From contig NC_042999.1 in assembly GCF_006345805.1 (NCBI RefSeq), positions 83,514,001-83,578,000 on the forward strand: 64,000 bases of DNA. Reading direction: 5' to 3'. The notes under the pieces were generated by a model. It ran no database searches and was not told where the DNA came from. It saw only the letters and a program-made list of their open reading frames with translations. Source of the DNA: Octopus sinensis. Lineage: Eukaryota. Every line of letters starts with the position of its first letter. The stretch's first letter is position 1. The position numbers and the translations under genes were made by a program. Positions 24,726-37,954 of the stretch are shown here, piece by piece.

Positions 24726-25261
24726 CGGTTAGAAATTGAGTTCAAAATCAAAGGACCTGTGAAGAGAGCAAGATATAAGATATTTCTGATACGTCACATG
24801 TTCGTAACTAGTTCTTCTTTTTTCTTTATTAACCTCAAAATTTCTACGTATTTGAGAAAATCTGAAATAGAAATATGACATCATCGACTTTGCCCCGGAG
24901 TTTTGAAAACGAAAACGACATAGATCTATTTTAATCGCGAATTTGAAACAGGAGTTTCGGTTTTCGCTCTCCTCGAGGAGGTTATCTGCAGGCGTGCTCT
25001 GTTCTCCGGCGACATACAAACAAGAATCACAAATTGTTTTCAATTTCATTCTTCTATTTCTGCACAACATATCTACCATCTATCATATACCTAGATCCCC
25101 TCAGGTAGAAGCTGTCCGGACACTCGCCATAACAGCAAAATATACCAGACAGAAAGTAGTATATATATATATAGTACTTTAGTAGATAGATATATACAAA
25201 CACACACACACATATATATATATAGAGAGAGTGAGAGAGAGATATGAGAGAGACGTATGTG

Positions 25262-25319
<58 letters not shown>

Positions 25320-26022
25320 TACATACATCTCTCTCTCAATATATATATATATGCGTATATATATACGCATATGTCTCTATATATATACACACTTATTTGT
25401 ACACGTGTATATATATATATACGTACATGTGTACATACATTACACACACACATATGTATATACGTATATACACACATATGTGTGTGTGTATGTATACACA
25501 CACGCATATATACACACACTCACACACATATGTAAAACCATTACAATTAAATATCATAGATATGAGATATAATAGAAAAGTCTTAATCAAACAAGAACAA
25601 CAATGATACACACTTCTATTTCCTGATGACGAAATGCTACAGAGCGTAACTGATGAATTGGACAGTAAACAGAAAATATGATGTGATGCTTGCACCATAT
25701 CTCCCAATGGATAACAGTTTTACAATACAAGGCACTGGTGCAGACAGATATCAGTGAAAGACCAAGAGAGAGCTGGAAAGGGAGCGTCGTATAAGTTGAT
25801 AGATGGATAGAAGCGAGCGAGAGAAAGGGGAGAGAGAGAGAGAGAACTAAAGAGCAAAGAGAGTGAGAGAGAAAGACCCTGTGTGGGAAAGAAAATGACG
25901 AGAAAGGGAATATATATATATGTATATATATATGAGTAAAAAGGGGAAGTGCATTAATGGAGGTTAGAAAGAGAAGATGGCGTAGAAATATATATATTTC
26001 TACGCCACCGATATATATATAT

Positions 26023-26068
<46 letters not shown>

Positions 26069-26113
26069 TATATTATATATTTATGTATATAAATATTCAT
26101 ATATATAAATATT

Positions 26114-26150
<37 letters not shown>

Positions 26151-26731
26151 GTATTTCTACTTCACCTACACACACACACACACATATATTTATAAGCAAA
26201 TGTATATATGAGAAATAACAGGAAAGACAAATGAGAGATAGATGGACGAAGTAAAGGTGTGAGTGAGAGATAGTGAGGGAGTGGGAGAAGAAAATCATAA
26301 TTCACTAGATTAAAAAATATCTAGAATAGAATTGCTACAATAGAGGGAAACGCAATTCAATCGGTTTCTCAGAGTGGTGGAAGGACAGTGCGAAACTATC
26401 GTGTTTCAAAATTTTGTTGTAAAGAGTTCGAGCCATCCTACTGGCGTGTGTCGTGATTATATATACGTGTATATAGGGAAGGAGATATGAAATAGAATGA
26501 CTGAAGGGAAATAACTTAGAATGGCCAGTGGCATGGAGTTGGATAACAAGATGAATCATAGACGATAAATTCTTGATTTATTGACACCGTTTTCGCCTTA
26601 AGAGAACGGCAAACAATTAAGAAACCGTAACTGCCGCTGAGTGAGAAAGGGGAGATAATCTCAAGCCATAAAAACATCTCTGCAATGAAAATACATATTT
26701 CTTTACTACCCACAATGGGCAATGAAAATAC

Positions 26732-26948
26732 TTATTTCTTTACTACCCACAGAGAGGACAAACAAGGACAGGCAAACGGATTAAGTCGATTATATCGACC
26801 CCCAGTAACTGGTACTTATTTAATCGACCCCGAAAGGATGAAAGGCAAAGTCGACCTCGGCGGAATTTGAACTCAGAACGTAGCCGCAGACGAATTACTG
26901 CTAAGCATTTTTCCCGGCGTGCTAACGATTCTGCCAGCTCGCCGCGTT
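26732..26948 (-). mobile_element. SINE family A with TSD
   Basis: Full head and body. (T)GCAATGAAAATAC occurs at 26681-26694, 26719-26731 and 26949-26962. Confidence 0.9.
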
Positions 26949-27679
26949 TGCAATGAAAATACCATTAAGGTGAAAACATTCGTATGGCAGGGCTTTGGAA
27001 ACAACAGGATATCTATTATATGAAAGTATGTTTCTACCTAAATGTGCGCCATCAGCACAATATTGCCTTACTTTTCCCTACCTACCTCCTATTCTTACAA
27101 ACTTGGAAAATGGTATAACACCCAGCGTACGAAAATCATTCGCAGCCAACAAAGAATCTTCTAGGTAGTTATTCGAACAGCTAGTAATAGCAACAGAATC
27201 TTCCTGAAATCATATCTTTCAAAAAATATAGCATACTTGATTAGATACAGTGTTTCAATATAAGTCAGGATAATTATGACAATTTTAAGTCATACATACA
27301 CTTAATATTTACTGATCTAGATAAGCGGCGATAGACAGAACAGGATTTAGCAAAAAAAAAAAAAAAAAAAAGGTTCAGAATTCACAAAAGATTATAGACT
27401 ATGTTAAAGAATAAAACGGGTGAGAATTAAGGTTTAGGGATAGTTTTTAAAGAATATCTAATTTTGATTTTGTTTAGCTCCATGTCAGTTTTGAAGAAAG
27501 AGCAGACATATTACTCAAAAGCATTCTACTCACGACCATCCTCTTTTATATAGCTTAGATTAACTAGTCTAATGCAAGACAGTAGCGTTAGATTAACTGG
27601 TGTCAGGGAAAGTTTAAATTTAAATATCTCTCTGAAAGAGCAAATTTTGCACAGGTCACAGATATTTAATCCATGACTA

Positions 27680-27726
<47 letters not shown>

Positions 27727-28868
27727 CAACATTTCGGTGCTCAATAACTCAATGACCGCATCTTAACGACTCCATGGCTCAACAACTTCCCGGTTCATGA
27801 ACTTCATCATCCCATAACTTCCCGTCTCAATTGCTCCACGGCTCAACAAATCCACGGTTCAAGAAACCAACTTTTCAACACCTCAGTGACTCTACAGCCT
27901 CACAACACTACAACTTCGTGACTGAACACTTTCATAGCACACCACCCCAGCCCGATTCAATAACTGTGCAACGAAGCGACGATACAACTCAACAATTCTA
28001 TGGTTCAACAACTTTCAGAGTCAGCTGATTCGCAACTCAATAACTCATTGATTCTACGATTTCACGACTGCTTGAATCTATTCTTGGATATTGCTCCACT
28101 TGTTGGAAATAACTTCCAAGTAGCATCTAAATCTTTCACAAATGTTAAAACTTTGAAAATTTTAGAGCTGACAGACAAAGTACTTTAAATGCAAGCTTGG
28201 TCTTAATCTTTTATAGACTTAATGATAGTCACCATCTTTTAAACTAAAACGGCACTATTGATTATTGTAAAAAAATCAACCCAAACAATATAGGCGCAGG
28301 AGTGGCTCTGTGGTAAGTAGCTTGCTTGCTACTAAGTTGTTGACTCGTATTTTCTACGCTGAGAAAGTAACCTCGTTTGACGTTGAAAAATTGAACATTT
28401 GAAGTACGACCACAGATAGGGCATTTGTTTTTTTGGGAGCACAGTGGGATCTGTTGTCCGTATTGTTTATTATTTTTTCGAACAAAGGTCTCCACTGGGT
28501 TACAGGCATTTGTCTGCCTGTGGTCGTACAAAATGACTCACTTTTTAGTGAGAATTGTGTATGTACTCGGGAGGCGTTTCCCTCCGAAAATTTATCATTT
28601 TATGTGACTGTGTGCACTTCGTGGATTTTACCATTTGGAGTACAACCAGAATTGGAGGAATTTCTTTGCTACTATTTTTGTGCTGCAAGGGATTTTTAAC
28701 TGTGCCACAAAAGATTACCAAAGTTGAATTTTGTTGCCATTTGAACTGTGTTCCTTCGTTCTTTATCTCTTGTCTGTCTTTCTGCTCTGTTTTGTGTTTG
28801 CATGAGAGACTTTTATTTGAACATTTTTGATTTTGTTGTGAATTTCTATATTTTAGTTTATTTTATCA

Positions 28869-29787
28869 ATGGCAACCAAATGTAAGAAAGCCTTGGAGTG
28901 GCGAATTGTGGCTCCCAAGGAGTGGCTAAAAAACTATGGTGAGAGAATGGTGGTATTGCGGACCTATTGCAAGGTCCGTGACACCATCTGACTGAAATTG
29001 AAGAAGAGTTGGCAGGGTTTGTGCCAACCTATTCATCCGTAGGGGTGCAAAGTACGCAACGGTGTGCGTGCTTTTCGATAACCCTACGGAGGCTCAGAAA
29101 TTTGCGAGCCAACCTATTGGTGGGAGGAAGACTTTGTTTCTCTCCACTCATGGTGGGCGTAAATTGACAAGAGCCTGGGTGTGTGGGCTGCCGCCCAGTA
29201 CAGAGGCTAAATGGATAGAATATTCTATCCGTCGAGGCCTGGGTAGTGGCCCTGCCAGGCTCTTGAATGTAAAAATACTGCCTGCGGTCGATTGGGTCGA
29301 GTCAAAAGCAATTTTGACCCTATCGATCCAATCGGCCGAAGATCTGGTTTTACCAGATTTCTTGACAATGGCCGGTTCCAGGCACCCGGTGAGCATTGAG
29401 GGACGCCCCCCGCCCCACTGTCATCTGTGTCTGGAATCAGGGCACATGAAGAAGAACTGTTGTCGGAACCAGGTGAGAGACCTGGAACAGTTGATTGAGA
29501 ACGACTGTAATCCCCCTGTTCTCCCAATGGAGTCTCCTGCTCCTTCATTGGAGGGAGAGAGGGAGAAAGTCGAGGAGGAGGTAACCTTATCGAGAAAAGG
29601 TACTAAGAGAAAGGTGTGCAACAATGGTAGCCCACCGATGGATCCTGAGATGACGGGAGGGGAGGAGGGACCTCCGGACATGTCGGAGGAACTCCACCCT
29701 CCCGTCGCAAAAGGGAAAAAAAGAAGTAACGCACAGACACATAGACGACAATCCTCTGGTGTGTCACGAACATGCCTCTCCTGGTAA
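28869..29787 (+). pseudogene. ORF1/gag-like zinc-knuckle protein, third copy, with two 5' frameshifts
   Basis: ATG 28869 MATKCKKALEWRIVAPKEWLKNYGERMVVLRTY, then FIRRGAKYATVCVLFDNP...VSIEGRPPPHCHLCLESGHMKKNC (CX2CX4HX4C), followed by an acidic/basic Pro-rich linker. Confidence 0.75.
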
Positions 29788-31061
29788 GCTTTTTCAAATC
29801 CTCACAGCCGTTGTCTGGTCTGAAATATAAATAACAACATATAGAAGCTTTAACATCTAAGAACTTCTTTTCACTAAACACGCTCTTTGTATATTTCTGT
29901 CTCATCGATACAAGTCGCTTGTAATGTTGTCTGCGCATCTCTGGTGATGTACTACAGGCGAAATGAAAGTAAGTGTATTCAGTATAACTACATCATTTCA
30001 TAAAGAAACCTATAAGGTGAACGGGTCTTGTTTTAATAATAAATCACTTGTCTGTTCTATTGTCGTAATATATATTAAAATAACTTTTATAGCTAAAGAT
30101 TCGCAGCTAATTAACTTACAGTCTCTACTCTATTATTATATAACCAGAAAATAGAGTAAAAAATGTTAGTGCCGTTGTTGATGGAGTTGTCTGATCGCTG
30201 CAAGTTCTAATTGTAAGGAACTACAAGCAAAAGCAATCCAGCCGTGTCCCTTCCATCTTATTTCTCAGATGCATTGTATTTAAGAGTAATATTCCACATG
30301 ACCATAAAATTTGAGTGTTTTGAAGATTTGGTAGCTATTTCTAGTCGGTGAAGAAGCCTTCTCTTTGGTTTAAGTCCAGGTAGCTGTCAAGTCAAATCAT
30401 TCTCATACCAATTCTGATGTCGTGGCACCTAAACTTTTTACCAGTCTTTTCTACTCTTTTAGGTCTTATGCTGAGAGCTCGAAGCTCTAGTATGGATCCC
30501 TAATATAGACCCATGTCCAACGCTTCGTATTCCCGGTGGAAACCATTAAATTATCAAGTTGACATCAGGCAAGTCTCGAACACTTTAACTTTGGTTGGCA
30601 GTCCCTAAAACAGTAAATCTAGTATCATGCATTTTAAATAGTGACGCCTACACTTAGACTTTATCAGTTGAATTTTACAATTGGATAACTGGAAGAAATC
30701 TCTATGGGTTTCGTCGACGGAGAGTCAGTTGTTGTATCTACTAGAATGCTTTCTCATTTCGCGTGTAAATGGCTGATTATTTCAAACACACATGTACTCT
30801 TAATGTAATTCTCTCACAGAATCAGTGTGATCAAGTGCGTGTGACAAGGATATCACACAGTTTAAGTCAATCTGAAGGACTTCAATACAATTTTCCCTCT
30901 GCTCGACTTCACTCGTAAGATATAGAATGATCCGAAACTAGGGGAAATGATACTAGCCTAAAATGTCACGCAGTGGCTGCAGAGCGAACTACTTACTCAT
31001 TCGGTTATACAACGCATATAATTGTCTTTAATTTAGTGCCGAGTGAAGAGGGAAGGCAGCG

Positions 31062-31610
31062 AGCTGGCAGAATCGTTTTATTCTTCTGAGTTTTATTGTT
31101 CAGAGTTCAAATTCCACTGCGGTCAACCTTAGCTTTCATTCTATTTTCAGAGTCGATGAACGATATAATCGACTTCCCCCTTCCCTCCCAAATTGGTATC
31201 TTTGCGTCACAATTTGAAATCGATTTAGTCACAAGACCAGCAATTTTGAGAGGAGAGTACAAGCTGATTACACCAGCTCCAGAATTTGACAGTAATTTTA
31301 TCATCTCGACGCCGAGAGAATAAAAGACAACACTGAACTCGGTAGAACATAAGGAACCGGAAAAAAATATCACAAGGCATTTTGACTAACATCGTAAAGA
31401 TTATTTCAGCACACTGCCCTTAGTGCTCATATGGTAAATGAGGGAAGAAATATATATTCGAACTAAATACTTGACAGTTATTGTCTTTTATCGATATTGA
31501 AAGGATGAAAAGTAAGGATGATCCCGGTGAGATTTGATCTCAGAACGTAGAGAGTCGGAAAAAAATATCGCCAAACATTTCTTCCGACGATCTCACGTTT
31601 CAACCAGAAT
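31062..31610. mobile_element. Cluster of degenerate family A SINEs in both orientations
   Basis: A plus-strand copy at ~31062-31260; minus-strand copies at ~31262-31400 and ~31470-31610. Confidence 0.65.
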
Positions 31611-31636
31611 AATTAATATCAGCTAATCAGGCGACT

Positions 31637-31855
31637 GTGGAGACACGTGGCCTAGTGGTTACAGCAGCGGATTCATTGTCGAGGGATCGCGGGTTCGAAT
31701 CTCAGACCGGGCGATGTGTGTGTTTATGAGCGAAATATCTAAGCTCCACGCGGCTCCGGCAGAAGGTAATGGCGAAAACTCACCTGTGACGGACCGGTGT
31801 CCCTTTCAGGTGGGGAACCTATACGCCACTGAAACCAGGAAACCGGCCCTTATGA
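31637..31855 (+). mobile_element. SINE with family C head and a different (V-domain-like) tail
   Basis: Head and body match 7060-7411; the tail CCTGTGACGGACCGGTGTCCC...GAAACCGGCCC matches 33817-33900. Confidence 0.75.
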
Positions 31856-31889
31856 TACAGGCATAGCTCGAGAAAGAACAAACAACAAC

Positions 31890-32105
31890 CAGGCGATTAG
31901 TTGGCAGAATCTTCAGCATGTTAGATAAAAATCTTGGCAACATTTTGTCTATTTCTTCTTTCTGAGTTCAAATTCCGCCGAGGCCGACTCTACCTCTTAT
32001 CCTTTCTGAGTCGATAAAATAAAGATCAGTTGCAAACTTGGTGGTGGGTTTGATATAATCGACTATCCTCCCACCTTCAATATTTCAGTCTAGAGTAGAA
32101 AAATA
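31890..32105 (+). mobile_element. SINE family A, degenerate
   Basis: CTGAGTTCAAATTCCGCCGAGGCCGACT body. Confidence 0.75.
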
Positions 32106-33139
32106 TGGTTAATAGCACCCGACAGTTCGCTTCTGGCTATTCGGCAAATAGTCTCCTCTACTGGAATTGTTTAGATGGTAACTATGGATCGTTAACTTTG
32201 CGGTGTTCTAAGGTCTGTCTTGACTGAAATTGCCATGTAAAAAAGACATTAATTTATGAAATAGTACAATTAATGTTGAAAAATCGTAGGAAGAAATAGT
32301 CAGGCTGTCAGTAATTTACAGTATTCTGCTTTCTTTATCTACAAGCTGCAGGTACAGTGTACAATTGACGAGTGCTTTCGAAGCCTGCGATGCTGTGTTT
32401 AGTTATTCTAGAATAAGATAATGAGTTAAAATTTCCTAGCTATTAACTTCATTTTTTTGCAGCTTTATATTTTACAGTATATTTCCATATACTAGTCCAA
32501 TATCCTCCATCTGATTGTCTTCCGGTAACCTATTTCTCCCTCTTTCTCTTTCGCTCTCTCTTCACATTTACATACATAAATGCATACACATACACACATA
32601 TGCATATAGATATATATATATATTTATGTACATCCATAGACACATAATTCGTTTTGTAAAGTGATTATATTTAGTATAGTAGATTAATTGTTTCCCATAT
32701 ATGTAACAGTATCTGTGAGTATGTAGTGTGGGCGAACATCTTTTGTTTTAAATATATTATATTGGTTTCATGTCTGTGCCAAGGTTTGGTCTTTTAATTC
32801 ATAATTTTTATAGTTCCTTTTACACTTCTAAATATCTAGGTGAAGTGACTGTTAGCAGTGTTAGTTATTACCATATTTGTTGTTGTTGTTGTTGTTGTTT
32901 AACCCATATCAGCATTGATCTATGTGACTAACTATAAAAGGTGTTATGTTTATTGACTAGCCTAACATCATTTTTCAATCAGGCATTACATATTTCTTGC
33001 ATAAAAGAAATATAGAGTGTAATTCGAGGGAGATTATGCTACTATTCATAGCAGGCTGAACGACAACATAGATGAATTTTCGTAATAAGTAGACAGCAAG
33101 GATAATGAGAATAATGTTGTTACTTTCTACAATCATTTT

Positions 33140-33480
33140 ATTTAATTTCTAAGTTGCAATATTTGGGTTAATTTTTGACTCGTATTTTGCTTCCATTGCT
33201 AATCTTATAATGATTTTTCCCGGGCGCTCCTATGCAAGGTGATAGCATTATCTACTAATATTTTTCTAATCTATTTTCCTCTGTGTTCTGAAGTGTAACG
33301 TATTGCAACATCTTGTAAATGCATGGTTAACCGCTGGGAAAAGGTAATAGCTGTATGTCCGATGCAACAGTCTCAGTCATGAAAGTCTGTAATTTCCATT
33401 CTGCATAGAAATTTGCATATCCCATTGGTCAATTGCAGTATCTTATTTTGTTTGTGAATCTTCAATTCTGGTACATTGGT
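33140..33480 (-). mobile_element. Penelope-like element GIY-YIG endonuclease relic
   Basis: Minus strand reads LTNGICKFLCRM...CIGHTAITFSQRLTMHLQD...IRKILVDN, like the PLE pattern NVIYxFxC...YIGxTxxxLSRRLTxH. Contains stop codons. Confidence 0.55.
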
Positions 33481-33816
33481 AGTATAGTATTCTAATATAT
33501 TCTCCATATATATCTCAGCTTACAGTTTCTACACACATTTCAGTCTCAAATTATATTGAGAATGTCTTGCATCGCCTCACTTGATACAGTGAATAAACAT
33601 TTCTTAAGATGAAAATATAGAAAATCTACAGCAAACCTGTCCCCTGTCCATTAAATTGATAATAGTGGAGAGATCAGAAACCCGGATCAAATAGCAAATC
33701 ATTTTTATTAGACACCCTTCAGCTATGTATGATACATTTTAATATCTATAAAATAAAATAAACAGAACGCTTGGGTAATGTAGTCTTTTTGTTTTTAATA
33801 AATGCACCCTTTTAAA

Positions 33817-34027
33817 GCCTAACCGGGTTCATGGGCCCGGTTTCAATGGCGTATGTGTTCCCAAGCTAGACAGGACGCCAGTCCATCGCAGCGTTACTCA
33901 TTTTTGCCAGCTGAGTGGACTGGAGCAACGTGAAATTAAGTGTTCGCGTCGCCCGGTTCCAGGAGTCGAAACCACAATCTTACGATTATGATGCTGACAC
34001 CCTAACCACTAAGCCACGCGCCTCCAC
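33817..34027 (-). mobile_element. tRNA-head SINE (family D head) with CORE-like and V-like segments
   Basis: Minus strand: GTGGAGGCGCGTGGCTTAGTGG head, then CACGTTGCTCCAGTCCACTCAGCTGGCAAAAATGAGTA, then CTGCGATGGACTGGCGTCCTGTC. Confidence 0.75.
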
Positions 34028-34919
34028 AATGTAGTCTTAGAAACACATTAAGATAAGATATCCCAGTTAGAATGCCTTCCATGAGAAATGTCGTGAAAAA
34101 ATTCCATATGTTTACCGAGGTGGGTACGAATACCATTGTTATTATTTCGTTTGTTATGGATGGTGGATTGGTAGAATAGTTAAGACATCGGACAGAAAAC
34201 GTTCTGGGCTTTACGGACTGGTTTCAGAACCTACCTATGTCAACTTTACCTGTTATTCTGTCGGGAGTTGATAAAATAAAATACAGTCGAAGTAGCGGAG
34301 GGGATTTAATAGATTAAGCGTACTTCTCAAGATTCTGACCTTGTGTCTAAATAAGAAATTATTATTCCTTATGCTGATGGTATTGTTGTTGTTAACCCAG
34401 CCTCAGCTTTAATCATGCAGGCCATTGACCAATGACGTTTCAATCATAAACGTCTCGTTTCTTTCTAAGGTTACATTATCAACTGTGTCCTTTCTTGGTT
34501 TAAAACGATGACATTAGTTGGGATGGTGATTTAGTTGCTACATTTAGCAGATCGAATATCGATGAAGAAGCTTCCTCATCAGCTAGTTGATGCTGTTGTG
34601 TATGCTTTTGCTACTGATATGCGAACGAGATCAGCACGGGCTCACGTTTTTGGACTCGGTGTGGGAAGTCCGTCCGACAATAAAATTGGGTTACTGCGGT
34701 ATGTGACAAATCAAATAAATACCAATCGAAGATTTTTCCCATCTTAATGGAAATATTTCATAATATTTCCATAAACATTGCTGCTCTGCCCAGCGGAGTA
34801 ACAGACAAACTGATGTGTACATTGTTCATTGTGAATTGTATATCTCCTATCCTCTGGGAATCTCATAATGTTTGTTTCCCATACAAAATTACCAACAGGC
34901 ATCTCAGGTCATTGATTTT

Positions 34920-35185
34920 CATTTTCATCCTCATAACCACCACCACTACCACCATCACCATCACCACCCTCACCACCACCACCACCTCTATTACAATTAC
35001 GACAACTACTACCACTAGAACCAACAGTATCACTACTGTCACAACCAGCAGCACCACTACGAATATCACTACCAAAGCAACTAAAAAGATCACCATTTTG
35101 ATGATGATGATAATGATAATCACCCTCATCATCATCATCATCATCATCATCATTACCATCATCATCATCATCATCATCACCATAG

Positions 35186-35222
<37 letters not shown>

Positions 35223-35568
35223 TATCATCATCTTCTTCTTCTTCTTTCTCCTTTTTCTCTTCATTGTTGTCTTCGTTTTGATCATTATCAAAACCATCCC
35301 AATCATAACGAACAAAGGAAATATAGTCGTCATCCTTTTTTCTTTTCGTCATCATCATAACCACAATAATTAACATGAAAACCACCGTAAACGCAACGCA
35401 TCCGCCATCTCAGTCGTTTGCAGCTCCAGAATATCATTAAAAGCATTGTCTTGGTTATTCTCATCATTTTCACTTCCACAGTTTTGGTGATAGTCTTGAT
35501 GATGACGATGATGATGATCGTTATAGTCATATTCACCACCGCCACCCACCACCACCACCACCACCACC

Positions 35569-35610
<42 letters not shown>

Positions 35611-35797
35611 CTACTACCGCCAACATCATCATCATCATCAACGCAAACATTAACAGTATTAGCGACTTTACGGTAGTTTTTATCTTTCATGATAATGATG
35701 TTCATGATGATGATGATGATGATGACAGTTATTCTGACGACGAGCAGTATCACCATAATCACTATCAAAGTCATTATCATAATTATCATAATAATCG

Positions 35798-35835
<38 letters not shown>

Positions 35836-36339
35836 GTTGTCGTCGTCGCCATGCTATCATTATAACTGGCCTCCTATATCAAAATGTATTCATTAATCTC
35901 CATTTCTTTCTTCCAGATCTTTCTCCTCTTGCTTCTTCCCCTTCTTTCATCTTTTATCTTCATCTTCGTTCGCTCTCGGTTTTCAACTGTCTCAAAACGA
36001 TTATCGCTGCATAACTATTAACATCAACAACCAAACTGCAATTATCATCTCCACCACCACCAGCAACAACAACAACAACGGAGGAGTTAAAGCTAATGTT
36101 CTACTCCACCACCACCTTCTCACCTTCATGAAAGATCATCATGATCATAATCACGATCATAATCATGATCGTAATCATGATCATAATAATAATCATGATC
36201 ACCATAACCACGACCATCATCATCATCATTATCATCATTACTATCATCATTAGCAGTTGCAGAAACGTATTTGTATAATCTTGATATCACAATCATCTTC
36301 CTCCTCATGTTCATGTCATCATCATCATCATCATCATCA

Positions 36340-36389
<50 letters not shown>

Positions 36390-36578
36390 CTCATCATCAT
36401 CACTGTTGCAGCAGTAGCAGAATTAGCAGCAGCAGTAGCAGCAGCACCAGCAGCACCAGCAGCTACAATAGTATCAGTAGCGATCAAAACAAAAATAATT
36501 AACAACAAACTACTAAATTCTGAGTTGAGCAGCTGCGATTGTGTCAATGCATGTGAAAATGAATGGCTTCTTAAGAGA

Positions 36579-36633
<55 letters not shown>

Positions 36634-36680
36634 CATTATTATTGTTATTATTATTGTTGTTGTTGTTATTGTTATTATTA
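34920..36680. repeat. Mosaic trinucleotide microsatellite field (CAC, CAT, CTT, GAT, CAA, CGT, CAG, TAT)
   Basis: Directly visible; it explains the homopolymeric ORFs in several frames. Confidence 0.95.
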
Positions 36681-37151
36681 TCATCATCATTATTATTATA
36701 TACTAACGATGTTGACGTCGCTTGTAGCTCGCTCCCGAAGAAAAGTATTTTGCAAGATGAAATAGATTTTTTTAATCCAAAATACTCGCATATAGATAAC
36801 TTCCTGATGTTTAGAGTCTTCCCCTAAACGGTTTGATATAAAAAAAAATAAACTTTGTATCTTCGTTTTGCAACACGATGATTTTTTTTTATTCCTTCAT
36901 GTTACCGGTACTTAAGAACTGGCTACATATATTTCGCACTACACCCCACCCATAAAACAAAACAAAAATGCTCAAAATAACACATTCCTTACGCATAAAA
37001 CGAAAAAAAAAATAATAAAATAGTATTCTGATAGTATCTCAAAATATTAGAAGTAATAATGTACAAAAAAAACAAACATTTTTTCAACATCGAAGTTGAA
37101 TGTACTGATAAGGAAGGTGTCAATGACATTAACAAATACAGTTGATATTCT

Positions 37152-37520
37152 TTTCTACTCTAGGGACAGGGACCGGAATTTCGGAGGGGAGCAGTCGATT
37201 AGATCGACCTCAGTATGCAACTGATACTTAATTTGTCGATCCCCCGAAAGGGTGTAAAAAGAAAGTCGACCTCGGTGGAATTTGAACTCAGAACATAATG
37301 ACGGACGAAATACTTAAGCATTTAGCCCGGTGTGCTAACGTTTCTTATTTCTTTATTGCCCACAAGGGGCTACACACAGGGGGGGGGGGACAAACAAGGA
37401 CAGACAAACAGATTAAGTCGATTATATCGACCCCAGTGCGTATTTGGCACTTATTTAATCGACCCCGGCGGAATTTGAACTCAACTCAGAACGTAGCGAT
37501 TAGCGAAATACCGCTAAGCG
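37152..37520 (-). mobile_element. Composite family A SINE (two units)
   Basis: Reverse-complement head and two body/tail units. Confidence 0.75.
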
Positions 37521-37639
37521 CCTATATTTATATTAAATGTATGTGCATATACATGTGTGTGTGTGTTTGTGTATTTGCGTGTGTGTATGAGTGTGTGTGT
37601 GTGTTCTATGTATGCATGTATGTGTATATGTGTTTGTAT

Positions 37640-37916
37640 TTGTTTAATATCGTATTATATTCGCAACTGGCTTCCGAGTATTGTGACACTTCTAACTACA
37701 GCAGACTTGCCTGGCGGTTAAGAAAGCTACAGACAACTTGAAAGAGAGTCATGTGGCATGTAACGTCTTCACTGAGAAAAGATAACGTCTTGAGAAAAGA
37801 TAGTAAAAGCTTCACGAATCTTTTGCATTCACCATTCCTATTACCCAACACAATCCAAGCGTGCACCCAAGATAGCATGCATTAAAGACCGGAGTGTTCC
37901 AACTTTATCATTCCTT

Positions 37917-37954
<38 letters not shown>

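Noticed and set aside
28262-28531. ORF containing CPICGR as a zinc-finger gene
   Set aside because: It has only one Cys pair, no second ligand pair, and runs into a SINE fragment. A 12-bp inverted repeat (GTACGACCACAG) suggests a small repeat instead.
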